A stretch of 64,000 nt of DNA from Auanema rhodensis (Eukaryota > Animalia > Nematoda), in assembly GCA_964057225.1 (NCBI GenBank), contig OZ059900.1, positions 5,394,001 through 5,458,000 on the forward strand. Reading direction: 5' to 3'. Made by a program: the position numbers and the translations under genes. The notes beneath the pieces are model-generated. The model saw only the letters and a program-made list of their open reading frames with translations, was not told where the DNA came from and did not search any database. Of the stretch, positions 26,929 through 40,126 are shown piece after piece (the stretch's first letter is position 1; each line of letters begins with the position of its first letter).

Positions 26929-29900
26929 TATTAGTCTAAAAACACTATCTTATTGTGTTTGATGCATGGTAGCCAGGACTTCCAATTTTATGTGAACAGT
27001 TAACTATACCACCTAAGTATCCGAAGAAAGTGATCTTGATTTGTAACTCGGTGCCCGTTAAAGATAGAAGAATACTGTACATTTTAATGAATTCTCCATG
27101 GTCATATTAGTCTAAAAACACTATCTTATTGTGTTTGATGCATGGTAGCCAGGACTTCCAATTTTATGTGAACAGTTAACTATACCACCTAAGTATCCGA
27201 AGAAAGTGATCTTGATTTGTAACTCGGTGCCCGTTAAAGATAGAAGAATACTGTACATTTTAATGAATTCTCCATGGTCATATTAGTCTAAAAACACTAT
27301 CTTATTGTGTTTGATGCATGGTAGCCAGGACTTCCAATTTTATGTGAAGAGTTAACTATACCACCTAAGTATCCGAAGAAAGTGATCTTGATTTGTAACT
27401 CGGTGCCCGTTAAAGATAGAAGAATACTGTACATTTTAATGAATCCTCCATGGTCATATTAGTCTAAAAACACTATCTTATTGTGTTTGATGCATGGTAG
27501 CCAGGACTTCCAATTTTATGTGAACAGTTAACTATACCACCTAAGTATCTAAAGAAAGTGATCTTGATTTGTAACTCGGTGCCCGTTAAAGATAGAAGAA
27601 TACTGTACATTTTAATGAATTCTCCATGGTCATATTAGTCTAAAAACACTATCTTATTGTGTTTGATGCATGGTAGCCAGGACTTCCAATTTTATGTGAA
27701 GAGTTAACTATACCACCTAAGTATCCGAAGAAAGTGATCTTGATTTGTAACTCGGTGCCCGTTAAAGATAGAAGAATACTGTACATTTTAATGAATTCTC
27801 CATGGTCATATTAGTCTAAAAACACTAACTTAATGGGTTTGATGCATGGTAACCAAGACTTCCAATTTTATGTGAACAGTTAACTATACCACCTAAGTAT
27901 CCGAAGAAAGTGATCTTGATTTGTAACTCGGTGCCCGTTAAAGATAGAAGAATACTGTACATTTTAATGAATTCTCCATGGTCATATTAGTCTAAAAACA
28001 CTATCTTATTGTGTTTGATGCATGGTAGCCAGGACTTCCAATTTTATGTGAACAGTTAACTATACCACCTAAGTATCCGAAGAAAGTGATCTTGATTTGT
28101 AACTCGGTGCCCGTTAAAGATAGAAGAATACTGTACATTTTAATAAATTCTCCATGGTCATATTAGTCTAAAAACACTATCTTATTGTGTTTGATGCATG
28201 GTAGCCAGGACTTCCAATTTTATGTGAAGAGTTAACTATACCACCTAAGTATCCGAAGAAAGTGATCTTGATTTGTAACTCGGTGCCCGTTAAAGATAGA
28301 AGAATACTGTACATTTTAATGAATTCTCCATGGTCATATTAGTCTAAAAACACTATCTTATTGTGTTTGATGCATGGTAGCCAGGACTTCCAATTTTATG
28401 TGAACAGTTAACTATACCACCTAAGTATCCGAAGAAAGTGATCTTGATTTGTAACTCGGTGCCCGTTAAAGATAGAAGAATACTGTACATTTTAATGAAT
28501 TCTCCATGGTCATATTAGTCTAAAAACACTATCTTATTGTGTTTGATGCATGGTAACCAAGACTTCCAATTTTATGTGAACAGTTAACTATACCACCTAA
28601 GTATCCGAAGAAAGTGATCTTGATTTGTAACTCGGTGCCCGTTAAAGATAGAAGAATACTGTACATTTTAATGAATTCTCCATGGTCATATTAGTCTAAA
28701 AACACTATCTTATTGTGTTTGATGCATGGTAGCCAGGACTTCCAATTTTATGTGAACAGTTAACTATACCACCTAAGTATCCGAAGAAAGTGATCTTGAT
28801 TTGTAACTCGGTGCCCGTTAAAGATAGAAGAATACTGTACATTTTAATGAATTCTCCATGGTCATATTAGTCTAAAAACACTATCTTATTGTGTTTGATG
28901 CATGGTAGCCAGGACTTCCAATTTTATGTGAAGAGTTAACTATACCACCTAAGTATCCGAAGAAAGTGATCTTGACTTGTAACTCGGTGCCCGTTAAAGA
29001 TAGAAGAATACTGTACATTTTAATGAATTCTCCATGGTCATATTAGTCTAAAAACACTAACTTAATGGGTTTGATGCATGGTAACCAAGACTTCCAATTT
29101 TATGTGAACAGTTAACTATACCACCTAAGTATCCGAAGAAAGTGATCTTGATTTGTAACTCGGTGCCCGTTAAAGATAGAAGAATACTGTACATTTTAAT
29201 GAATTTTCCATGGCCATATTAGTCTAAAAACACTATCTTATTGTGTTTGATGCATGGTAGCCAGGACTTCCAATTTTATGTGAACAGTTAACTATACCAC
29301 CTAAGTATCTAAAGAAAGTGATCTTGATTTGTAACTCGGTGCCCGTTAAAGATAGAAGAATACTGTACATTTTAATGAATTCTCCATGGTCATATTAGTC
29401 TAAAAACACTATCTTATTGTGTTTGATGCATGGTAGCCAGGACTTCCAATTTTATGTGAAGAGTTAACTATACCACCTAAGTATCCGAAGAAAGTGATCT
29501 TGATTTGTAACTCGGTGCCCGTTAAAGATAGAAGAATACTGTACATTTTAATGAATTCTCCATGGTCATATTAGTCTAAAAACACTATCTTATTGTGTTT
29601 GATGCATGGTAGCCAGGACTTCCAATTTTATGTGAACAGTTAACTATACCACCTAAGTATCTAAAGAAAGTGATCTTGATTTGTAACTTGGTGCCCGTTA
29701 AAGATAGAAGAATACTGTACATTTTAATAAATTCTCCATGGTCATATTAGTCTAAAAACACTATCTTATTGTGTTTGATGCATGGTAGCCAGGACTTCCA
29801 ATTTTATGTGAACAGTTAACTATACCACCTAAGTATCTAAAGAAAGTGATCTTGATTTGTAACTTGGTGCCCGTTAAAGATAGAAGAATACTGTACATTT

Positions 29901-32900
29901 TAATAAATTTTCCATGGCCATATTAGTCTAAAAACACTATCTTATTGTGTTTGATGCATGGTAGCCAGGACTTCCAATTTTATGTGAACAGTTAACTATA
30001 CCACCTAAGTATCTAAAGAAAGTGATCTTGATTTGTAACTTGGTGCCCGTTAAAGATAGAAGAATACTGTACATTTTAATAAATTCTCCATGGTCATATT
30101 AGTCTAAAAACACTATCTTATTGTGTTTGATGCATGGTAGCCAGGACTTCCAATTTTATGTGAACAGTTAACTATACCACCTAAGTATCTAAAGAAAGTG
30201 ATCTTGATTTGTAACTTGGTGCCCGTTAAAGATAGAAGAATACTGTACATTTTAATAAATTTTCCATGGTCATATTAGTCTAAAAACACTATCTTATTGT
30301 GTTTGATGCATGGTAGCCAGGACTTCCAATTTTATGTGAAGAGTTAACTATACCACCTAAGTATCCGAAGAAAGTGATCTTGATTTGTAACTCGGTGCCC
30401 GTTAAAGATAGAAGAATACTGTACATTTTAATGAATTCTCCATGGTCATATTAGTCTAAAAACACTATCTTATTGTGTTTGATGCATGGTAGCCAGGACT
30501 TCCAATTTTATGTGAACAGTTAACTATACCACCTAAGTATCCGAAGAAAGTGATCTTGATTTGTAACTCGGTGCCCGTTAAAGATAGAAGAATACTGTAC
30601 ATTTTAATGAATTCTCCATGGTCATATTAGTCTAAAAACACTATCTTATTGTGTTTGATGCATGGTAGCCAGGACTTCCAATTTTATGTGAACAGTTAAC
30701 TATACCACCTAAGTATCTAAAGAAAGTGATCTTGATTTGTAACTCGGTGCCCGTTAAAGATAGAAGAATACTGTACATTTTAATGAATTCTCCATGGTCA
30801 TATTAGTCTAAAAACACTATCTTATTGTGTTTGATGCATGGTAGCCAGGACTTCCAATTTTATGTGAAGAGTTAACTATACCACCTAAGTATCCGAAGAA
30901 AGTGATCTTGATTTGTAACTCGGTGCCCGTTAAAGATAGAAGAATACTGTACATTTTAATGAATTCTCCATGGTCATATTAGTCTAAAAACACTAACTTA
31001 ATGGGTTTGATGCATGGTAACCAAGACTTCCAATTTTATGTGAACAGTTAACTATACCACCTAAGTATCCGAAGAAAGTGATCTTGATTTGACACTCGGT
31101 GCCCGTTAAAGATAGAAGAATACTGTACATTTTAATGAATTTTCCATGGTCATATTAGTCTAAAAACACTATCTTATTGTGTTTGATGCATGGTAGCCAG
31201 GACTTCCAATTTTATGTGAACAGTTAACTATACCACCTAAGTATCCGAAGAAAGTGATCTTGATTTGTAACTCGGTGCCCGTTAAAGATAGAAGAATACT
31301 GTACATTTTAATGAATTCTCCATGGTCATATTAGTCTAAAAACACTATCTTATTGTGTTTGATGCATGGTAGCCAGGACTTCCAATTTTATGTGAACAGT
31401 TAACTATACCACCTAAGTATCCGAAGAAAGTGATCTTGATTTGTAACTCGGTGCCCGTTAAAGATAGAAGAATACTGTACATTTTAATGAATTCTCCATG
31501 GTCATATTAGTCTAAAAACACTATCTTATTGTGTTTGATGCATGGTAGCCAGGACTTCCAATTTTATGTGAAGAGTTAACTATACCACTTAGTATCCGAA
31601 GAAAGTGATCTTGATTTGTAACTCGGTGCCCGTTAAAGATAGAAGAATACTGTACATTTTAATGAATTCTCCATGGTCATATTAGTCTAAAAACACTATC
31701 TTATTGTGTTTGATGCATGGTAGCCAGGACTTCCAATTTTATGTGAAGAGTTAACTATACCACCTAAGTATCCGAAGAAAGTGATCTTGATTTGTAACTC
31801 GGTGCCCGTTAAAGATAGAAGAATACTGTACATTTTAATGAATTCTCCATGGTCATATTAGTCTAAAAACACTAACTTAATGGGTTTGATGCATGGTAAC
31901 CAAGACTTCCAATTTTATGTGAACAGTTAACTATACCACCTAAGTATCCGAAGAAAGTGATCTTGATTTGACACTCGGTGCCCGTTAAAGATAGAAGAAT
32001 ACTGTACATTTTAATGAATTTTCCATGGTCATATTAGTCTAAAAACACTATCTTATTGTGTTTGATGCATGGTAGCCAGGACTTCCAATTTTATGTGAAC
32101 AGTTAACTATACCACCTAAGTATCCGAAGAAAGTGATCTTGATTTGTAACTCGGTGCCCGTTAAAGATAGAAGAATACTGTACATTTTAATGAATTCTCC
32201 ATGGTCATATTAGTCTAAAAACACTATCTTATTGTGTTTGATGCATGGTAGCCAGGACTTCCAATTTTATGTGAACAGTTAACTATACCACCTAAGTATC
32301 CGAAGAAAGTGATCTTGATTTGTAACTCGGTGCCCGTTAAAGATAGAAGAATACTGTACATTTTAATGAATTCTCCATGGTCATATTAGTCTAAAAACAC
32401 TATCTTATTGTGTTTGATGCATGGTAGCCAGGACTTCCAATTTTATGTGAAGAGTTAACTATACCACTTAGTATCCGAAGAAAGTGATCTTGATTTGTAA
32501 CTCGGTGCCCGTTAAAGATAGAAGAATACTGTACATTTTAATGAATTCTCCATGGTCATATTAGTCTAAAAACACTATCTTATTGTGTTTGATGCATGGT
32601 AGCCAGGACTTCCAATTTTATGTGAACAGTTAACTATACCACCTAAGTATCTAAAGAAAGTGATCTTGATTTGTAACTCGGTGCCCGTTAAAGATAGAAG
32701 AATACTGTACATTTTAATGAATTTTCCATGGTCATATTAGTCTAAAAACACTATCTTATTGTGTTTGATGCATGGTAGCCAGGACTTCCAATTTTATGTG
32801 AACAGTTAACTATACCACCTAAGTATCCGAAGAAAGTGATCTTGATTTGACACTCGGTGCCCGTTAAAGATAGAAGAATACTGTACATTTTAATGAATTT

Positions 32901-35900
32901 TCCATGGTCATATTAGTCTAAAAACACTATCTTATTGTGTTTGATGCATGGTAGCCAGGACTTCCAATTTTATGTGAACAGTTAACTATACCACCTAAGT
33001 ATCCGAAGAAAGTGATCTTGATTTGTAACTCGGTGCCCGTTAAAGATAGAAGAATACTGTACATTTTAATGAATTCTCCATGGTCATATTAGTCTAAAAA
33101 CACTATCTTATTGTGTTTGATGCATGGTAGCCAGGACTTCCAATTTTATGTGAACAGTTAACTATACCACCTAAGTATCTAAAGAAAGTGATCTTGATTT
33201 GTAACTCGGTGCCCGTTAAAGATAGAAGAATACTGTACATTTTAATGAATTCTCCATGGTCATATTAGTCTAAAAACACTATCTTATTGTGTTTGATGCA
33301 TGGTAGCCAGGACTTCCAATTTTATGTGAAGAGTTAACTATACCACCTAAGTATCCGAAGAAAGTGATCTTGATTTGTAACTCGGTGCCCGTTAAAGATA
33401 GAAGAATACTGTACATTTTAATGAATTCTCCATGGTCATATTAGTCTAAAAACACTAACTTAATGGGTTTGATGCATGGTAACCAAGACTTCCAATTTTA
33501 TGTGAACAGTTAACTATACCACCTAAGTATCCGAAGAAAGTGATCTTGATTTGACACTCGGTGCCCGTTAAAGATAGAAGAATACTGTACATTTTAATGA
33601 ATTTTCCATGGTCATATTAGTCTAAAAACACTATCTTATTGTGTTTGATGCATGGTAGCCAGGACTTCCAATTTTATGTGAACAGTTAACTATACCACCT
33701 AAGTATCCGAAGAAAGTGATCTTGATTTGTAACTCGGTGCCCGTTAAAGATAGAAGAATACTGTACATTTTAATGAATTCTCCATGGTCATATTAGTCTA
33801 AAAACACTATCTTATTGTGTTTGATGCATGGTAGCCAGGACTTCCAATTTTATGTGAACAGTTAACTATACCACCTAAGTATCCGAAGAAAGTGATCTTG
33901 ATTTGTAACTCGGTGCCCGTTAAAGATAGAAGAATACTGTACATTTTAATGAATTCTCCATGGTCATATTAGTCTAAAAACACTATCTTATTGTGTTTGA
34001 TGCATGGTAGCCAGGACTTCCAATTTTATGTGAAGAGTTAACTATACCACCTAAGTATCCGAAGAAAGTGATCTTGATTTGTAACTCGGTGCCCGTTAAA
34101 GATAGAAGAATACTGTACATTTTAATGAATTCTCCATGGTCATATTAGTCTAAAAACACTATCTTATTGTGTTTGATGCATGGTAGCCAGGACTTCCAAT
34201 TTTATGTGAACAGTTAACTATACCACCTAAGTATCTAAAGAAAGTGATCTTGATTTGTAACTCGGTGCCCGTTAAAGATAGAAGAATACTGTACATTTTA
34301 ATGAATTCTCCATGGTCATATTAGTCTAAAAACACTATCTTATTGTGTTTGATGCATGGTAGCCAGGACTTCCAATTTTATGTGAAGAGTTAACTATACC
34401 ACCTAAGTATCCGAAGAAAGTGATCTTGATTTGTAACTCGGTGCCCGTTAAAGATAGAAGAATACTGTACATTTTAATGAATTCTCCATGGTCATATTAG
34501 TCTAAAAACACTAACTTAATGGGTTTGATGCATGGTAACCAAGACTTCCAATTTTATGTGAACAGTTAACTATACCACCTAAGTATCCGAAGAAAGTGAT
34601 CTTGATTTGACACTCGGTGCCCGTTAAAGATAGAAGAATACTGTACATTTTAATGAATTTTCCATGGTCATATTAGTCTAAAAACACTATCTTATTGTGT
34701 TTGATGCATGGTAGCCAGGACTTCCAATTTTATGTGAACAGTTAACTATACCACCTAAGTATCCGAAGAAAGTGATCTTGATTTGTAACTCGGTGCCCGT
34801 TAAAGATAGAAGAATACTGTACATTTTAATAAATTCTCCATGGTCATATTAGTCTAAAAACACTATCTTATTGTGTTTGATGCATGGTAGCCAGGACTTC
34901 CAATTTTATGTGAAGAGTTAACTATACCACCTAAGTATCCGAAGAAAGTGATCTTGATTTGTAACTCGGTGCCCGTTAAAGATAGAAGAAAACTGTACAT
35001 TTTAATGAATTCTCCATGGTCATATTAGTCTAAAAACACTATCTTATTGTGTTTGATGCATGGTAGCCAGGACTTCCAATTTTATGTGAACAGTTAACTA
35101 TACCACCTAAGTATCCGAAGAAAGTGATCTTGATTTGTAACTCGGTGCCCGTTAAAGATAGAAGAATACTGTACATTTTAATGAATTCTCCATGGTCATA
35201 TTAGTCTAAAAACACTATCTTATTGTGTTTGATGCATGGTAACCAAGACTTCCAATTTTATGTGAACAGTTAACTATACCACCTAAGTATCCGAAGAAAG
35301 TGATCTTGATTTGTAACTCGGTGCCCGTTAAAGATAGAAGAATACTGTACATTTTAATGAATTCTCCATGGTCATATTAGTCTAAAAACACTATCTTATT
35401 GTGTTTGATGCATGGTAGCCAGGACTTCCAATTTTATGTGAACAGTTAACTATACCACCTAAGTATCCGAAGAAAGTGATCTTGATTTGTAACTCGGTGC
35501 CCGTTAAAGATAGAAGAATACTGTACATTTTAATGAATTCTGCATGGTCATATTAGTCTAAAAACACTATCTTATTGTGTTTGATGCATGGTAGCCAGGA
35601 CTTCCAATTTTATGTGAAGAGTTAACTATACCACCTAAGTATCCGAAGAAAGTGATCTTGACTTGTAACTCGGTGCCCGTTAAAGATAGAAGAATACTGT
35701 ACATTTTAATGAATTCTCCATGGTCATATTAGTCTAAAAACACTAACTTAATGGGTTTGATGCATGGTAACCAAGACTTCCAATTTTATGTGAACAGTTA
35801 ACTATACCACCTAAGTATCCGAAGAAAGTGATCTTGATTTGTAACTCGGTGCCCGTTAAAGATAGAAGAATACTGTACATTTTAATGAATTTTCCATGGC

Positions 35901-37310
35901 CATATTAGTCTAAAAACACTATCTTATTGTGTTTGATGCATGGTAGCCAGGACTTCCAATTTTATGTGAACAGTTAACTATACCACCTAAGTATCTAAAG
36001 AAAGTGATCTTGATTTGTAACTCGGTGCCCGTTAAAGATAGAAGAATACTGTACATTTTAATGAATTCTCCATGGTCATATTAGTCTAAAAACACTATCT
36101 TATTGTGTTTGATGCATGGTAGCCAGGACTTCCAATTTTATGTGAAGAGTTAACTATACCACCTAAGTATCCGAAGAAAGTGATCTTGATTTGTAACTCG
36201 GTGCCCGTTAAAGATAGAAGAATACTGTACATTTTAATGAATTCTCCATGGTCATATTAGTCTAAAAACACTATCTTATTGTGTTTGATGCATGGTAGCC
36301 AGGACTTCCAATTTTATGTGAACAGTTAACTATACCACCTAAGTATCTAAAGAAAGTGATCTTGATTTGTAACTTGGTGCCCGTTAAAGATAGAAGAATA
36401 CTGTACATTTTAATAAATTCTCCATGGTCATATTAGTCTAAAAACACTATCTTATTGTGTTTGATGCATGGTAGCCAGGACTTCCAATTTTATGTGAAGA
36501 GTTAACTATACCACCTAAGTATCTAAAGAAAGTGATCTTGATTTGTAACTTGGTGCCCGTTAAAGATAGAAGAATACTGTACATTTTAATGAATTCTCCA
36601 TGGTCATATTAGTCTAAAAACACTATCTTATTGTGTTTGATGCATGGTAGCCAGGACTTCCAATTTTATGTGAACAGTTAACTATACCACCTAAGTATCT
36701 AAAGAAAGTGATCTTGATTTGTAACTTGGTGCCCGTTAAAGATAGAAGAATACTGTACATTTTAATAAATTCTCCATGGTCATATTAGTCTAAAAACACT
36801 ATCTTATTGTGTTTGATGCATGGTAGCCAGGACTTCCAATTTTATGTGAACAGTTAACTATACCACCTAAGTATCTAAAGAAAGTGATCTTGATTTGTAA
36901 CTTGGTGCCCGTTAAAGATAGAAGAATACTGTACATTTTAATAAATTTTCCATGGCCATATTAGTCTAAAAACACTATCTTATTGTGTTTGATGCATGGT
37001 AGCCAGGACTTCCAATTTTATGTGAACAGTTAACTATACCACCTAAGTATCTAAAGAAAGTGATCTTGATTTGTAACTTGGTGCCCGTTAAAGATAGAAG
37101 AATACTGTACATTTTAATAAATTCTCCATGGTCATATTAGTCTAAAAACACTATCTTATTGTGTTTGATGCATGGTAGCCAGGACTTCCAATTTTATGTG
37201 AACAGTTAACTATACCACCTAAGTATCTAAAGAAAGTGATCTTGATTTGTAACTTGGTGCCCGTTAAAGATAGAAGAATACTGTACATTTTAATAAATTT
37301 TCCATGGTCA
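26225..37310. repeat. ~4-kb block (~26225-30272) duplicated at ~32911-37310 (38-monomer offset)
   Basis: Markers 6686 bp apart (38x176 minus 2 deleted bases): GACACT 26868/33554, G161A 28145/34831, B/A recombinant monomer 28513/35199, CTTGACTT 28976/35662. Confidence 0.85.
30977..32558. repeat. 5-monomer duplication (879 bp) carrying a 175-bp deletion monomer
   Basis: CCACTTAGT replaces CCACCTAAGT at 31585 and 32464 (879 bp apart). GACACT occurs at 31092 and 31971. Confidence 0.88.
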
Positions 37311-40126
37311 TATTAGTCTAAAAACACTATCTTATTGTGTTTGATGCATGGTAGCCAGGACTTCCAATTTTATGTGAACAGTTAACTATACCACCTAAGT
37401 ATCCGAAGAAAGTGATCTTGATTTGTAACTTGGTGCCCGTTAAAGATAGAAGAATACTGTACATTTTAATGAATTCTCCATGGTCATATTAGTCTAAAAA
37501 CACTATCTTATTGTGTTTGATGCATGGTAGCCAGGACTTCCAATTTTATGTGAACAGTTAACTATACCACCTAAGTATCTAAAGAAAGTGATCTTGATTT
37601 GTAACTTGGTGCCCGTTAAAGATAGAAGAATACTGTACATTTTAATAAATTCTCCATGGTCATATTAGTCTAAAAACACTATCTTATTGTGTTTGATGCA
37701 TGGTAGCCAGGACTTCCAATTTTATGTGAACAGTTAACTATACCACCTAAGTATCTAAAGAAAGTGATCTTGATTTGTAACTTGGTGCCCGTTAAAGATA
37801 GAAGAATACTGTACATTTTAATAAATTCTCCATGGTCATATTAGTCTAAAAACACTATCTTATTGTGTTTGATGCATGGTAGCCAGGACTTCCAATTTTA
37901 TGTGAACAGTTAACTATACCACCTAAGTATCTAAAGAAAGTGATCTTGATTTGTAACTTGGTGCCCGTTAAAGATAGAAGAATACTGTACATTTTAATAA
38001 ATTCTCCATGGTCATATTAGTCTAAAAACACTATCTTATTGTGTTTGATGCATGGTAGCCAGGACTTCCAATTTTATGTGAAGAGTTAACTATACCACCT
38101 AAGTATCCGAAGAAAGTGATCTTGATTTGTAACTTGGTGCCCGTTAAAGATAGAAGAATACTGTACATTTTAATGAATTCTCCATGGTCATATTAGTCTA
38201 AAAACACTATCTTATTGTGTTTGATGCATGGTAGCCAGGACTTCCAATTTTATGTGAACAGTTAACTATACCACCTAAGTATCTAAAGAAAGTGATCTTG
38301 ATTTGTAACTCGGTGCCCGTTAAAGATAGAAGAATACTGTACATTTTAATAAATTTTCCATGGTCATATTAGTCTAAAAACACTATCTTATTGTGTTTGA
38401 TGCATGGTAGCCAGGACTTCCAATTTTATGTGAACAGTTAACTATACCACCTAAGTATCTAAAGAAAGTGATCTTGATTTGTAACTTGGTGCCCGTTAAA
38501 GATAGAAGAATACTGTACATTTGAATAAATTCTCCATGGTCATATTAGTCTAAAAACACTATCTTATTGTGTTTGATGCATGGTAGCCAGGACTTCCAAT
38601 TTTATGTGAACAGTTAACTATACCACCTAAGTATCTAAAGAAAGTGATCTTGATTTGTAACTCGGTGCCCGTTAAAGATAGAAGAATACTGTACATTTTA
38701 ATAAATTTTCCATGGTCATATTAGTCTAAAAACACTATCTTATTGTGTTTGATGCATGGTAGCCAGGACTTCCAATTTTATGTGAACAGTTAACTATACC
38801 ACCTAAGTATCTAAAGAAAGGGATCTTGATTTGTAACTCGGTGCCCGTTAAAGATAGAAGAATACTGTACATTTTAATGAATTCTCCATGGTCATATTAG
38901 TCTAAAAACACTAACTTAATGGGTTTGATGCATGGTAACCAAGACTTCCAATTTTATGTGAACAGTTAACTATACCACCTAAGTATCTAAAGAAAGGGAT
39001 CTTGATTTGTAACTCGGTGCCCGTTAAAGATAGAAGAATACTGTACATTTTAATGAATTCTCCATGGTCATATTAGTCTAAAAACACTAACTTAATGGGT
39101 TTGATGCATGGTAACCAAGACTTCCAATTTTATGTGAACAGTTAACTATACCACCTAAGTATCCGAAGAAAGTGATCTTGATTTGTAACTCGGTGCCCGT
39201 TAAAGATAGAAAAATACTGTACATTTTAATGAATTCTCCATGGTCATATCAGTCTAAAAACACTATCTTATTGTGTTTGATGCATGGTAGCCAGGACTTC
39301 CAATTTTATGTGAACAGTTAACTATACCACCTAAGTATCTAAAGAAAGTGATCTTGATTTGTAACTTGGTGCCCGTTAAAGATAGAAGAATACTGTACAT
39401 TTTAATAAATTCTCCATGGTCATATTAGTCTAAAAACACTATCTTATTGTGTTTGATGCATGGTAGCCAGGACTTCCAATTTTATGTGAACAGTTAACTA
39501 TACCACCTAAGTATCTAAAGAAAGTGATCTTGATTTGTAACTTGGTGCCCGTTAAAGATAGAAGAATACTGTACATTTTAATAAATTTTCCATGGTCATA
39601 TTAGTCTAAAAACACTATCTTATTGTGTTTGATGCATGGTAGCCAGGACTTCCAATTTTATGTGAAGAGTTAACTATACCACCTAAGTATCCGAAGAAAG
39701 TGATCTTGATTTGTAACTTGGTGCCCGTTAAAGTTAGAAGAATACTGTACATTTTAATGAATTCTCCATGGTCATATTAGTCTAAAAACACTATCTTATT
39801 GTGTTTGATGCATGGTAGCCAGGACTTCCAATTTTATGTGAACAGTTAACTATACCACCTAAGTATCTAAAGAAAGTGATCTTGATTTGTAACTTGGTGC
39901 CCGTTAAAGATAGAAGAATACTGTACATTTTAATAAATTCTCCATGGTCATATTAGTCTAAAAACACTATCTTATTGTGTTTGATGCATGGTAGCCAGGA
40001 CTTCCAATTTTATGTGAACAGTTAACTATACCACCTAAGTATCTAAAGAAAGTGATCTTGATTTGTAACTTGGTGCCCGTTAAAGATAGAAGAATACTGT
40101 ACATTTTAATAAATTCTCCATGGTCA

